From positions 71,917 to 135,916 of the forward strand of contig CALWDW010000039.1 in NCBI GenBank assembly GCA_944376795.1: a stretch of 64,000 nt of DNA, given 5' to 3'. A program made the translations under genes and the position numbers. The stretch comes from an uncultured Christensenellaceae bacterium. Its GTDB lineage: Bacteria; Bacillota; Clostridia; Christensenellales; UMGS416. Below are positions 1 through 9,359 of this stretch, one piece after another (positions within the stretch are counted from its first letter, which is position 1; every line of letters begins with the position of its first letter). The notes below the pieces were generated by a model. It had not been told where the DNA came from, did not search any database, and was given only the letters and a program-made list of their open reading frames with translations.

Positions 1-611
1 CCGAGCTTTTCCGGCATGGGATCCATCTGGAGGCCACCTACCTGGATGTATTCAACTGCAACGAAGGGGATGAGTGCATCCATCCCTGGCATCGCATGAC
101 CCGGCAGGAGTCCTTCGCCCTGCGCAAGCGCTGTTTTGACCTTCTGTGCAGCTGGGGGATTGTACCCAGTTCGGAGGAGGTAGGGGATTGGGCCATGCAA
201 ACCCAGGTCTTTGCCCACTACGGACCCTATGACGGCATGATGAACGGGCCGGATAAGCCCGATTACGGGATTGATGTGCCACTGTATAATCTTGTCTATC
301 ATGACTGTATGATTGTCCCTTGGTTCCTGGACGCGCGGGCCCCCCATGGGGTGGATGTCTTGCTTTACGCGCTGCTCAATGGCGGCGCAGCTTATGTCAA
401 CAATGAGTTGTCCGGCGCGGAGCTCGACCGGGCGGTGGCGCGCTATAAGACGGTGGCCCAGCTACAGGAGCGCATTGCCAAGTGCGAGATGGTGCGCCAT
501 AGCTTCCTGGATGGGGATCCCTCCCGCCAGCGGGCCGAATACAGCGATGGTACGGTGGTTACCATCGATACCAAAGACAATACCTACGAGATCACATACC
601 CGGCCCCGTAG
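1..611 (+). CDS. 3' part of an uncharacterised glycoside-hydrolase-like TIM-barrel protein; the 5' end lies outside the window. Paralog of 20717..22558.
   Basis: Frame 3 is open from the window edge. Its translation ('ATYLDVFNCNEGDECIHPWHRMTRQE...LYNLVYHDCMIVPW...LLNGGAAY') aligns with the C-terminus of the 20717..22558 product ('GTYLDVFSVVELDECNHPWHRMTRRE...LFNLVYHDCVIIPW...LLNGGAAY'). Confidence 0.8.
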   Translation, partial: ELFRHGIHLEATYLDVFNCNEGDECIHPWHRMTRQESFALRKRCFDLLCSWGIVPSSEEVGDWAMQTQVFAHYGPYDGMMNGPDKPDYGIDVPLYNLVYHDCMIVPWFLDARAPHGVDVLLYALLNGGAAYVNNELSGAELDRAVARYKTVAQLQERIAKCEMVRHSFLDGDPSRQRAEYSDGTVVTIDTKDNTYEITYPAP

Positions 612-714
612 GCCGCGGTGCAAAGGTCAATATTTGCAATGGATTTCCGTCCCCGGCAGACGTATGATGTTGCTGGGGACGGCGCGTATGGGGAGGTGAG
701 CCAGGCTGACTCGC

Positions 715-2007
715 TTGGAGATTATACAGGAGGGCCTGCGGCTGGTTCGCCGGGAGCTGACCTCTGCGCTGGCCTGGGTGCTGGCGCAGAAATATGGCGA
801 AGCATGGTGGCAGCGGGGGGTGATAGAGCCCCTGGCCCAGACCGGGCAGCGGGTGGATGAACTGCCCAGAGAGGGAAATGCCGGCGATATCGACCTCTAT
901 CTTTCCCTAAAGCTGGTGCAGAACTATCATTTTGATGCTTTTGAGACCTACCTGGGCTGGGATGCGTCGTACCGCAGGCTAGTGGCCTCGGTGGCCTCCT
1001 GCCGGAATCTTTACGAGGGCCATGTCACCGCCAACCGGGAAGCGCAGCTCACCCAGGAGCGGGCCCAGGATATGCTGCAGGATATGAGCCGCCTACTGCT
1101 CCGACTCCACGAGGATCATGAGGGGGACAGCATTGCCCTGATGAAGCCCCTGGCGGAGAAACTGGCGGCGCTTCCCCCGGATGGAGGGCAGGCCGCTGCG
1201 GCTTTCCGTCCGCCGGCAGCCTTGACCCGCCCACGGCGTTCCGCCCGGGCGCAGCGTTCCTCCACCTTGCATGGCGAGGTCATTACCGTGCAGGGGGCGG
1301 TGGAAAAGCCGCCGGTCACCGCAAGAAGAGCAGATCCTCGGATTCCCCCCGATTTGCGGGATGTCAAGGTTTCGGCGCAGCTGCGCAATGACGGGCCGGA
1401 GATTCTTCGGCATGCGTCCACCCCAAAGAGGAAGCCTACCGACATGGCGCCGATTCCTTCCTTCCTGCAGGAAGAGGACCCTGTGCAGGCCAACACCGTC
1501 CGGCGCAGGCGGCGGCCAAGGACCGAGGAGGTCGAGCGGGAGGACGAGCCCGTCGCGGAAGCGCCCGTATCCCGGGAGGTGCACGCCCCCGTGCCGTCGC
1601 CCGCTCCCAGAAAGACCACCAGGACTGTTGCCAAGCGGCGTGCAGAAGGACGGCGGGAAGAGGACCCTTATGCCTTTGTTCCCATGGCGGGGAAGGAGGA
1701 TTTCCGGCGCGTGGCCCAGTGGCAGTACAGCCGCCAAGCTGATGAAGAGGCTCCGGCGGAACCTTTGCGAATTCCGCGCAGCCATCGCCCGCGGGTACAG
1801 GTTTCCGAGGATTTGCCGGTGCGGGTGCGGCGTAGCCGTGCTCCGCGTCCTGTTCCACCTCCTCCTGCGACGCGGGAGCCACGCAGGAAGCCGGCCGTGC
1901 TCACGCCGCGGATGTATCTGCGATGGGCTGGGGTTTTGCTGCTGGCGGCAGGGCTTGTGGCGGGCCTGCTTTGGTTGGATCGCTGGATCACAGCTTGGAT
2001 AGGATAA
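715..2007 (+). CDS. HEPN-like (R-x5-H) N-terminal domain protein with a long Arg/Pro/Glu-rich low-complexity region and a C-terminal transmembrane anchor
   Basis: 430-codon ORF with a TTG start and a GGGGAGGTGAG ~14 nt upstream. Contains 'YGEAWWQRGV' and 'SCRNLYEGH'. Ends in the hydrophobic helix 'WAGVLLLAAGLVAGLLWL'. G/C dominates third codon positions in this frame. Confidence 0.6.
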   Translation: MEIIQEGLRLVRRELTSALAWVLAQKYGEAWWQRGVIEPLAQTGQRVDELPREGNAGDIDLYLSLKLVQNYHFDAFETYLGWDASYRRLVASVASCRNLYEGHVTANREAQLTQERAQDMLQDMSRLLLRLHEDHEGDSIALMKPLAEKLAALPPDGGQAAAAFRPPAALTRPRRSARAQRSSTLHGEVITVQGAVEKPPVTARRADPRIPPDLRDVKVSAQLRNDGPEILRHASTPKRKPTDMAPIPSFLQEEDPVQANTVRRRRRPRTEEVEREDEPVAEAPVSREVHAPVPSPAPRKTTRTVAKRRAEGRREEDPYAFVPMAGKEDFRRVAQWQYSRQADEEAPAEPLRIPRSHRPRVQVSEDLPVRVRRSRAPRPVPPPPATREPRRKPAVLTPRMYLRWAGVLLLAAGLVAGLLWLDRWITAWIG

Positions 2008-2026
2008 AACCGGCGCAAAGCCGGTT
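2008..2026 (+). terminator. Short hairpin after the HEPN-like gene (no U-tract)
   Basis: 'aaccggc gcaaa gccggtt' lies directly after the stop codon. It sits only ~20 nt before the yhcH-like RBS, so read-through is likely. Confidence 0.3.
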
Positions 2027-2047
2027 GCAAATAGAGGAGGTAGTCCC

Positions 2048-2500
2048 ATGATTTTCGATACCCTTGCAAATGCTGCACTTTACAAGTCCATCAGCCCCCG
2101 TCTGGCAAAAGGGCTGGCCTTTCTCCAGGAAACAGACCTGGAGGCCTTGGAGGTGGGCCGTATCGAGCTGGACGGCAGCGCACTCTACGTTTTGATCCAG
2201 GAATACGAGACCCGCACCCCCGAAAAGGGAAAGTGGGAAGCACACCGCCGCTATATCGATATCCAGTACGTGATTTCCGGCGAGGAGTGCATTGGTTACC
2301 GTCCGTTGGAGGAGATGGAGACGGTGGAGTACAATGAGACCAAGGACCAGGCGGTCCTCCGGGGCGAGGGCGCCATGGTGTTGGCCAAGGCGGGAAGCTT
2401 CGGCATTTATTTCCCGCAGGACGGGCATCAGCCCTGCATGGCGGTGGATGGCAAGCCGGCAAAGGTCAAGAAAGCGGTTGTAAAGGTTATGGCCGACTAG
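2048..2500 (+). CDS. YhcH/YjgK/YiaL (DUF386) family protein, a cupin associated with sialate / beta-galactoside metabolism
   Basis: 150 aa. 'MIFDTLANAALY...LEALEVGRIELDG...YVLIQEYETR...WEAHRRYIDIQYVISGEE...FPQDGHQP' matches the family N-terminus and core. RBS GAGGAGG lies upstream. Confidence 0.85.
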   Translation: MIFDTLANAALYKSISPRLAKGLAFLQETDLEALEVGRIELDGSALYVLIQEYETRTPEKGKWEAHRRYIDIQYVISGEECIGYRPLEEMETVEYNETKDQAVLRGEGAMVLAKAGSFGIYFPQDGHQPCMAVDGKPAKVKKAVVKVMAD

Positions 2501-2513
2501 TGGAGATGTGCAG

Positions 2514-2559
2514 CGGCCCAGCCAAGTCCGGAGATTTCCGGGTCTGGCTGGGCCGTTTT
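2514..2559 (+). terminator. Rho-independent terminator after the YhcH-family gene
   Basis: 11-bp stem 'cggcccagcca ... tggctgggccg' followed by 'ttttg'. Confidence 0.75.
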
Positions 2560-2642
2560 GCAACGGTGGCTATTGGGCGTAATTATGGATCCGGAGGGAG
2601 CCATAGTTTTTCCGAAAAAACGCGGATTTGGAAGAAATTGCG

Positions 2643-2671
2643 TTGTGAGAGCAATTTGCCTGTGTTATAAT
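2643..2671 (+). promoter_or_regulatory. Sigma-70-type promoter for nagB
   Basis: TTGTGA, 17 nt, then TGtTATAAT (extended -10). Located about 40 nt upstream of ATG 2711. Confidence 0.6.
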
Positions 2672-2710
2672 CCTATAAGGATGACTTGCATCTACAAGGG
2701 AAATGAGGGA

Positions 2711-3463
2711 ATGAGGGGAATGAGCATAAAGTTTGATGTCAGAACATCTCCACAGGCATGGACCCAGGCAGCGGCGGACATAGTCTGCCAGACGGTGCGC
2801 GATAACGAGCGTCCGGTGCTGGTTCTTCCGACGGGAGGGACGCCCGTCCCCATGTACGCGGAGCTGGTTCGCCGCTATCGTGCCGGCGAGATCAGCTTCC
2901 AAAAAGTTACTTCGTTTAACCTAGATGAGTATGTCGGTCTGGAGCGCAGCCACCCCGAAAGCTATTACAGTTTTATGCACCGGAATTTCTTCGATGCTGT
3001 GGATGTCCCAGCAGAGAATATTCATCTTCCGGATGGCCGCAGCGCTCATCCGGATGAGGCCTGTGCGGCGTATAATGCCATGCTGGATGAGGTCGGGGCA
3101 GTGGATCTAGCTGTACTGGGCATAGGACACAATGGGCACATTGGCTTTAATGAGCCTGGCGCTGATCCGGCGGGCCGTACCCATTGCGAGACCTTGAGCC
3201 TGCAGACGCGGCAGGCCAATGCTCGGTTCTTTGAAGACGACCTGGACAAGGTGCCGACCCATGCCCTGACCATGGGATTGGGGGACATCCTCAAAGCCAA
3301 GAAGATCCTACTGCTGGCCAACGGGGAGGCCAAGGCCGCCATTATCCGCAAGGCATTCCAGGGCCCTGTGACCCGTGAGGTTCCCTGCTCTCTGCTGCAG
3401 AACCATCCTAATGTGGTGGTCCTGCTGGATGAAGGAGCCGCCAGCTTGCTGGAAAAGGCATAG
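2711..3463 (+). CDS. nagB: Glucosamine-6-phosphate deaminase
   Basis: 'LVLPTGGTPVPMYAELV...SFNLDEYVGL...LGIGHNGHIGFNEPG' are NagB hallmarks. The track ORF (2558) is over-extended: a promoter at 2643..2671 lies inside it. ATG 2711 or 2720 both have RBS-like purine runs. Confidence 0.9.
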   Translation: MRGMSIKFDVRTSPQAWTQAAADIVCQTVRDNERPVLVLPTGGTPVPMYAELVRRYRAGEISFQKVTSFNLDEYVGLERSHPESYYSFMHRNFFDAVDVPAENIHLPDGRSAHPDEACAAYNAMLDEVGAVDLAVLGIGHNGHIGFNEPGADPAGRTHCETLSLQTRQANARFFEDDLDKVPTHALTMGLGDILKAKKILLLANGEAKAAIIRKAFQGPVTREVPCSLLQNHPNVVVLLDEGAASLLEKA

Positions 3464-3541
3464 AATTCGAGGCGGACAAGCCTTAGACATCAAAACCATA
3501 CGTGCGGTAAACGAAGCCTTTCGTACCCTTGGGACTACATG

Positions 3542-3566
3542 CTCCTCCGGGGACGGAGGCTTTTTT
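3542..3566 (+). terminator. Rho-independent terminator after nagB
   Basis: 'cctccg ggga cggagg' followed by 'cttttttg'. Confidence 0.85.
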
Positions 3567-3755
3567 GTGGCTTTGGCGGCGGCGTCAGTGGGCGGAGCGA
3601 GGGACCCGTGGAATGAGACTGCTGCCCATGAAAAGTTTTTGCAAAACGTTGCCTTCTTTTAAGATGCGGCATTTTGCTTGCGAAAATTTTGGCAGAAGAA
3701 TCCTCTTCTAGCTTTCGGATCTCCGGCGCAAACTACCGGCGAAGAGGAGGATCGA

Positions 3756-4856
3756 ATGATGACAAGGCAAACCATCAAAAAATGGACGGCGGCCGCATTG
3801 CTTCTGGCGCTTGCCGCCGCAGCTTCCGGATGCCAGCAGTCTCTGCCGCTGCCTACGGCCGATTCCACGGCGACCCAGGCTCCCAGCGGTGCGTCCCAGA
3901 CCAGTATTTTCTCCGGCATGGGATCGTCTGATGTGTCGGGTGTGGTGGAGAGGGTCAGCCCCTGTGTGGTGGGGCTGGCGGTTCAGGTCAAAAAGGCCAA
4001 TATTATGGGCGGAGAGAGCCTGGTGGAAGGGATCGGTACGGGAGTGATCGTTGACCGGTCGGGGTACATTTTGACCAACCATCACGTGGCAGGCTCTGCT
4101 GAGAACATCACCGTGGTGTTTGAGGACGGCAGCAAGGTTCCGGGAGAGACCATTTGGAGCGACAGGGCCCTGGATCTGGCGGTGGTTAAGTGCGAGGGGG
4201 GGCCCTATCCCACAGCCGAGCTGGGCACGGTGGAGAGCCTCAAAGTGGGGAATCCTGTGGTGGCCATTGGTACGCCGCTGGATTTGGCCTTTCAGCATAC
4301 AGTGACAGCCGGGGTGGTGTCCGCCAAAAACCGTACTTTGCAGGTGCCCACCCAGGAGGGCCTTTCTTTCATGGAGGAGCTGATCCAGACCGATGCGCCC
4401 ATCAATCCCGGCAATTCCGGCGGACCGCTGTGCGACAGCCAGGGTAAGGTGGTGGGAATCAATACCGTCAAGGTTACCGAGGCGGAGGGGCTGGGGTTTG
4501 CCATTCCCATTGATATCTGTCTGCCCATTGTCCGGGAAATTGTGGAGACGGGCAGCTTTGTAACCCCCTATATGGGTCTGTTCACCATTGACCAGGAGAT
4601 TGCGCGCTACTATGACGTGGAGGTGTCCCAGGGAATTTGCGCCATGAATGTGGATACCAACGGCCCGGCCTACCAGGGAGGGCTTCGGCAGGGGGACTGC
4701 ATTGTACGCGTCAATGGACAGGAGGTTTCCACGGTGTTGGCGCTGCGCCGCATGATTTATGAGACCGGCATTGGGGGCGAATTGCGGATCGAATACCTTC
4801 GTGATGGCGCGGAAGGCACGGCGGTGTGCGTGCCCACCGAGAAACCCTTGGACTAG
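3756..4856 (+). CDS. htrA: HtrA/DegP-family serine protease with a C-terminal PDZ domain; lipoprotein-type signal peptide
   Basis: GAGGAGG precedes ATG 3756. Signal/lipobox 'LLLALAAAASGC'. Catalytic motifs 'TNHHV', 'DLAVVK' and 'GNSGGPL'. PDZ-like C-terminus. Confidence 0.85.
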   Translation: MMTRQTIKKWTAAALLLALAAAASGCQQSLPLPTADSTATQAPSGASQTSIFSGMGSSDVSGVVERVSPCVVGLAVQVKKANIMGGESLVEGIGTGVIVDRSGYILTNHHVAGSAENITVVFEDGSKVPGETIWSDRALDLAVVKCEGGPYPTAELGTVESLKVGNPVVAIGTPLDLAFQHTVTAGVVSAKNRTLQVPTQEGLSFMEELIQTDAPINPGNSGGPLCDSQGKVVGINTVKVTEAEGLGFAIPIDICLPIVREIVETGSFVTPYMGLFTIDQEIARYYDVEVSQGICAMNVDTNGPAYQGGLRQGDCIVRVNGQEVSTVLALRRMIYETGIGGELRIEYLRDGAEGTAVCVPTEKPLD

Positions 4857-4913
4857 GACTGGGAAAACTCTGCCGTCTGTGCTATGATGGGGGAAACGGA
4901 AGGTGGGGTGGCG

Positions 4914-5390
4914 ATGCAGATTCAGATCCTCTGCGTGGGTAAACTCAAGGAGCGCTACTGGCGGGAAGCCGTCGCGGAATATGAGAAGCGTCTGACCCGC
5001 TATGCAAGGGTCACCATCCAGGAGGTGCCTGATGAGAGCACACCGGAGAATCTTTCTCCTCTCCAGTGCCAGCAGGTCATGGATGCGGAAGGAAGACGGC
5101 TGCTGGATAGGATGCGGCCGGATACTTACGTGGTGGCACTGGATGGCCGGGGAAAGCAGCTGGACAGTGAGGCGTTTGCCCAATCCCTCCAGGAGAGGAT
5201 GATGGATGGACGCACCCTGTGCCTGGTGATTGGCGGCTCCCTGGGACTGTCTCAGCAGGTGCGGGACCGGGCGGATCGGATGCTAAGTCTGGGAGCCATG
5301 ACCTTTCCCCATCAGATGGTTCGCATCATGCTGCTGGAGCAGATCTATCGTGGGTTTCGCATCCTGCGAGGGGAACCGTATCACAAATAA
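4914..5390 (+). CDS. rlmH: 23S rRNA (pseudouridine1915-N3)-methyltransferase RlmH (SPOUT)
   Basis: 'MQIQILCVGKLKERYWREAVAEYEKRL...LCLVIGGSLGLS...SLGAMTFPHQMVRIMLLEQIYRGFRILRGEPYHK'. ATG 4914 follows GGAAGGTGGGG. Confidence 0.9.
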   Translation: MQIQILCVGKLKERYWREAVAEYEKRLTRYARVTIQEVPDESTPENLSPLQCQQVMDAEGRRLLDRMRPDTYVVALDGRGKQLDSEAFAQSLQERMMDGRTLCLVIGGSLGLSQQVRDRADRMLSLGAMTFPHQMVRIMLLEQIYRGFRILRGEPYHK

Positions 5391-5414
5391 GACTGGGCTA
5401 TCCCAAGTAACATG

Positions 5415-5450
5415 ACAACCGGCCCCACCTGGAAAGGCGGGGCCGGTTGT
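5415..5450. terminator. GC-rich hairpin between convergent rlmH and ppk1
   Basis: 12-bp perfect stem 'acaaccggcccc ... ggggccggttgt'. No clear U-tract on either strand. Confidence 0.45.
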
Positions 5451-5744
5451 CTGCGCAAAAGCGCTATGAGAAGGGAGATCATTTTCGACCAGCCGCTCCC
5501 TAAGGAGCAGCTGGCTGATGCAAGGAAAGAGGATCATAGGGACGCGCGGTTGTAAGACCGCCGCACCGCTCATGAGGAGTATTCTTGGCGCTGGGATAAA
5601 ATCCTTTTTTCAGGAGGAGAGAAAATTCCTCGAAATTTCGCGGGATTTCGTACTTCTGCCTCACAGAAGGACACAAAACGCCCTTTGCCGGAGGCCGATT
5701 GTGGATGTCTGCAGCGGGATAGGGAGAATGCTGGCGAACGTTTT

Positions 5745-7793
5745 TTAGTCGCGGCAGTGCGCATAGCACCATGCCTGGAAATCCATAACCGTTTCCCCGG
5801 AAGCGACAACCGGACGGTAGGATCCATCGGGAAGCTCTTCCCGGGCCTTTTGGTTGTCGGACAGCGCAGCCTCCAGCATGCTGATGACCCGTTCCTTCAG
5901 AGCGGGATCGTCAATGGGGAAGCAGGTCTCGACCCGCCGGTCCAGGTTGCGCTGCATCCAGTCGGCGCTGGCCAAATAGACACGGCGATTGCCGCCGTCA
6001 TGGAAATAATAGATCCGGTGGTGCTCCAGATAGCGGCCCACAATGGAAATGACCCGGATGTTTTCGCTGACTTGTTCTATGCCAGGGCGGAGGGAACAGA
6101 TCCCTCGCACTACCAAATCCACCTTAACCCCAGCCTGGGATGCTTCATAAAGTAGATCGATGATTTCCGGATCCACAATAGCGTTCACCTTGGCGGCAAT
6201 GCGCGCAGGGCGGCCGTGGCAGGCATTTTCGATTTCGGTACGAATGCGATCCTCAATGAAGCTGCGCAGCCCATGAGGCGCCACGTGGAGACGCTTGAAC
6301 TGCGGCGGCAAGGTATACCCGGTGACCAGATTGAAGAGCTCGGTGACGTCCCCGGCAAACTCCTCTTTGCAGGTAAACAGCCCCAGATCGGTATAGAGGC
6401 GGGCTGTGCTGTCATTGTAGTTGCCGGTTCCCAAGTGCATGTAGCGGCGGAGGATGCCATCCTCCCTACGCACCACCAGGAGCGCTTTGCAGTGCACCTT
6501 GAGGCCGGCAAGACCATAAATGACATGCACGCCTGAGCGTTCCAGCACACGAGCCCAGCCAATATTGTTCTCCTCGTCAAATCGGGCCTTCAGCTCTACC
6601 AGGACGGTGACCTGTTTTCCCGCCTGCGCCGCCATGACCAGCGCCTCGATCACGGGGGAGTTCTTGCTGACACGGTAGAGGGTCTGCTTGATGGCGAGAA
6701 CATCAGGATCTTCCGCGGCTTGTCGCAGCAGGAAGAGAACGCTGTCAAAACTCTGATATGGGTGGTGCACTAAGATATCCCCCTTGCGGATCAGGGCGAA
6801 CATATCGGACTCGGGGGTGAGGTTTAAGGGGTCTACTGGGGGCTGGGGTGGGTAGGAAAGAGCGGCCTTGCGCTTCCCTGCGGGCACGTCCATGAAGAGC
6901 CGCAGATCCAGCGGCCCCTGGGTGGGATAGAGGTCCTTCTTCTTAACGTCCAGCTTTTTGGTAAAGAAGTTCAGCAGCCAGGGATCGGCGTTTTCCTGCT
7001 GCCATTCTAGGCGTACGGGATGACCCCAGGTGCGCTTACGAATGGATTTCTCAATCTCGTTGATAAGGTCCAAAGCTTCATCATCGATGGACAGATCGGC
7101 ATCGCGGGTGATACGGAAGAGAAGGGTTCCCTGAATGGGATGCATGTCAAAAATACGGGGCAGCATCGAGGCCACCAGATCCTCCAGGAGGACATAGGAC
7201 TTCCCCTTCTCGCAGGGAACCTCCACAAAGCGGGAGAGGATGGAGGGAATCTGGACCACCGCTACCCGGGGCAGCGATGTCTTTTTGCCATTGTGTTGGG
7301 TTTTGCCCTCCATGCGCACGGCCAGATAGATCCGACGCCCGGCCAAGTGGGGCAGGGCCTTATCTGGATCCACAGCCATGGGGGTGAGGACGGGGAAGAG
7401 CTGGTCATGGAAGTACCGAGTGACGATACCGGTCTGCATTTCCGAGAGGTCCTTCATGGCAAGGATGTGGATTCCTTCCTCGTGGAGCTCCCGAACCAGG
7501 GCGCTGTACAGCAGGAACTGATCCTGTGCAAAGCGATGACAGCGTTCGGCGATGGCCTTGAACTGCTCCTTGGGCGTCCAGCCGGCGGGATCCAATTGCA
7601 CATATCCCGCCTCGATTTGCTGCTTGACCCCCGCTACACGTACCATGAAGAACTCATCCAAATTTGAAGCAGTGATGGCCAGAAACTTGCAGCGCTCCAG
7701 CAGGGGGGTGCGCAGGTCTCGCCCCTCCTGCAGAACCCGTTCGTTGAATTCAAGCCAGGAAAGCTCCCGGTTAATATAGAGCGAAGAATCCAT
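5745..7793 (-). CDS. ppk1: Polyphosphate kinase 1
   Basis: 682 aa. N-terminus 'YINRELSWLEFNERVLQEG...FLAITASNLDEFFMVRVAG' and two PLD-like C-terminal domains. RBS AAGGAGG upstream. Confidence 0.95.
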   Translation of the reverse strand: MDSSLYINRELSWLEFNERVLQEGRDLRTPLLERCKFLAITASNLDEFFMVRVAGVKQQIEAGYVQLDPAGWTPKEQFKAIAERCHRFAQDQFLLYSALVRELHEEGIHILAMKDLSEMQTGIVTRYFHDQLFPVLTPMAVDPDKALPHLAGRRIYLAVRMEGKTQHNGKKTSLPRVAVVQIPSILSRFVEVPCEKGKSYVLLEDLVASMLPRIFDMHPIQGTLLFRITRDADLSIDDEALDLINEIEKSIRKRTWGHPVRLEWQQENADPWLLNFFTKKLDVKKKDLYPTQGPLDLRLFMDVPAGKRKAALSYPPQPPVDPLNLTPESDMFALIRKGDILVHHPYQSFDSVLFLLRQAAEDPDVLAIKQTLYRVSKNSPVIEALVMAAQAGKQVTVLVELKARFDEENNIGWARVLERSGVHVIYGLAGLKVHCKALLVVRREDGILRRYMHLGTGNYNDSTARLYTDLGLFTCKEEFAGDVTELFNLVTGYTLPPQFKRLHVAPHGLRSFIEDRIRTEIENACHGRPARIAAKVNAIVDPEIIDLLYEASQAGVKVDLVVRGICSLRPGIEQVSENIRVISIVGRYLEHHRIYYFHDGGNRRVYLASADWMQRNLDRRVETCFPIDDPALKERVISMLEAALSDNQKAREELPDGSYRPVVASGETVMDFQAWCYAHCRD

Positions 7794-7899
7794 AAATCAC
7801 ACGTCCTCCTTGTGTTCTCCAGATGGGGATAAGTATACCATACCCAAGAGCAGGCTTCCAGCATCCTTGTGTAAAATATGCACAATCCCCTTGTATGGT

Positions 7900-7928
7900 T
7901 TGAATTCCATAACGCAGTATGGTATACT
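7900..7928 (+). promoter_or_regulatory. Sigma-70-type promoter for ktrBA
   Basis: TTGAAT, 17 nt, TATACT. Located about 30 nt upstream of ATG 7959. Confidence 0.65.
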
Positions 7929-7958
7929 GAGCAGGAAGTACATTGATCGGGAGGGCGT

Positions 7959-9344
7959 ATGAAGGATTTCAAAAGAGCGAGACGCCTATCGCCGGGACAA
8001 ATGGTGGCGCTGGGCTTCGCGTTAGTGATTGCGCTGGGAACGGTTCTGCTGAGTCTGCCCGTTTCCTCGCAAACCGGGGAACGGGTGCCCGTATTGGACG
8101 CATGCTTTACTGCTACTACTGCGACCTGCGTAACGGGACTGGTTACGGTGGATACGGGGGATACGTGGTCGCTTTTTGGCCAGTGTGTAATCCTTTTTCT
8201 GATGCAGATCGGCGGCTTGGGGTTTATGACCATTACCACGATGATGCTGATGCTCATGGGGAAGCGCATCACCCTGCGGGAGCGGCTCCTGATTCAGGAA
8301 TCCCTCAATGAGGATGCGCTGCAGGGGCTGGTTGCCCTGACGAGACGGATTTTTGTCGTAGCCATCAGTATTGAGTTCCTTGGCGCTGTTCTGTTGAGCT
8401 TCCGCATGATTCCCACGTTTGGCTGGGGTAAGGGGATTTTTTACAGCATCTTTCACTCGGTTTCGGCCTTCTGCAACGCAGGGCTGGATCTTTTCGGCAG
8501 CTTCCGATCTTTGATCGATTATCGGGACGATGTACTGGTAAACTTCACCATTATGATCCTGATCGTCTTGGGCGGACTGGGATTTACCGTCTTGCTGGAC
8601 TTGATGAAGATGGTCCGGCGGGAAAAGACGTTTTCGGCCATCTCCCTGCACTCCAAGGTAGTGCTGGCGGTGACGGGCATTCTGATTTTGTCAGGCTGGG
8701 CCTTTTTCTTGATCACGGAATGGGACAACGTCAAAACGCTGGGGCAGCCGGATATGCCGGTGTATTCCCGGCTGATGGGGGGGCTGTTTCAATCGGTATC
8801 TACGCGTACGGCGGGATTTACAACCTTGGATCAAAACGCGCTGACCATCTCTGGCAAGTTGGGGACGATGATCTATATGTTCATCGGCGCGTCGCCGGCT
8901 TCGACCGGAGGCGGAATGAAGACAACCACCATTGCCGTGCTGGTGATGATGCTGATTGCCGTAATTCGCGGGCGGCAGCAGATTTCCATTTTTGAGCGCA
9001 GGCTGGAGGAGGGAACGGTGCGCCGGGCATTGGCTATTGTGGCGATCTCTTTCATGCTGGTGATCGTGGCTACCATGGTATTGGCCGTGGTGGAAGGGGA
9101 GAGCAGCAATCCTATGATGTCCTTTGAGAATATGCTGTATGAAGTGATTTCCGGCTTTGCAACGGTGGGCCTGACAACGGGGATCACACCCGAGCTCAAT
9201 TCCAGTTGTCGGCTGGTGCTGATTCTGATTATGTTTGCCGGCCGCGTGGGGCCGCTGACGCTGCTCATGGCCCTTACCCATCGGATGAGTAGCAGGGAGG
9301 ATCCTCGTATCGCGTACCCGGAAGGCCGTATTATGGTAGGATGA
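7959..9344 (+). CDS. ktrB: K+ uptake membrane subunit (TrkH/KtrB family)
   Basis: 461 aa and polytopic. Has repeated pore-loop-like 'TATCVTG', 'NAGLD', 'RTAGFT' and 'GASPASTGGG' segments. Immediately followed by the KtrA-like gene. Confidence 0.9.
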   Translation: MKDFKRARRLSPGQMVALGFALVIALGTVLLSLPVSSQTGERVPVLDACFTATTATCVTGLVTVDTGDTWSLFGQCVILFLMQIGGLGFMTITTMMLMLMGKRITLRERLLIQESLNEDALQGLVALTRRIFVVAISIEFLGAVLLSFRMIPTFGWGKGIFYSIFHSVSAFCNAGLDLFGSFRSLIDYRDDVLVNFTIMILIVLGGLGFTVLLDLMKMVRREKTFSAISLHSKVVLAVTGILILSGWAFFLITEWDNVKTLGQPDMPVYSRLMGGLFQSVSTRTAGFTTLDQNALTISGKLGTMIYMFIGASPASTGGGMKTTTIAVLVMMLIAVIRGRQQISIFERRLEEGTVRRALAIVAISFMLVIVATMVLAVVEGESSNPMMSFENMLYEVISGFATVGLTTGITPELNSSCRLVLILIMFAGRVGPLTLLMALTHRMSSREDPRIAYPEGRIMVG

Positions 9345-9359
9345 TAAGGAGCAGAGAGC

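Noticed and set aside
1150-1900. The suspicion that the Arg/Pro-rich middle of ORF 715..2007 is non-coding, because ORFs of 170-320 codons are open in three other frames or strands here.
   Set aside because: Third-codon positions in the 715 frame are predominantly G/C, the frame stays open for 430 codons, and it ends in a credible TM helix directly followed by a hairpin and the next gene's RBS. It was kept as coding, but flagged for verification.
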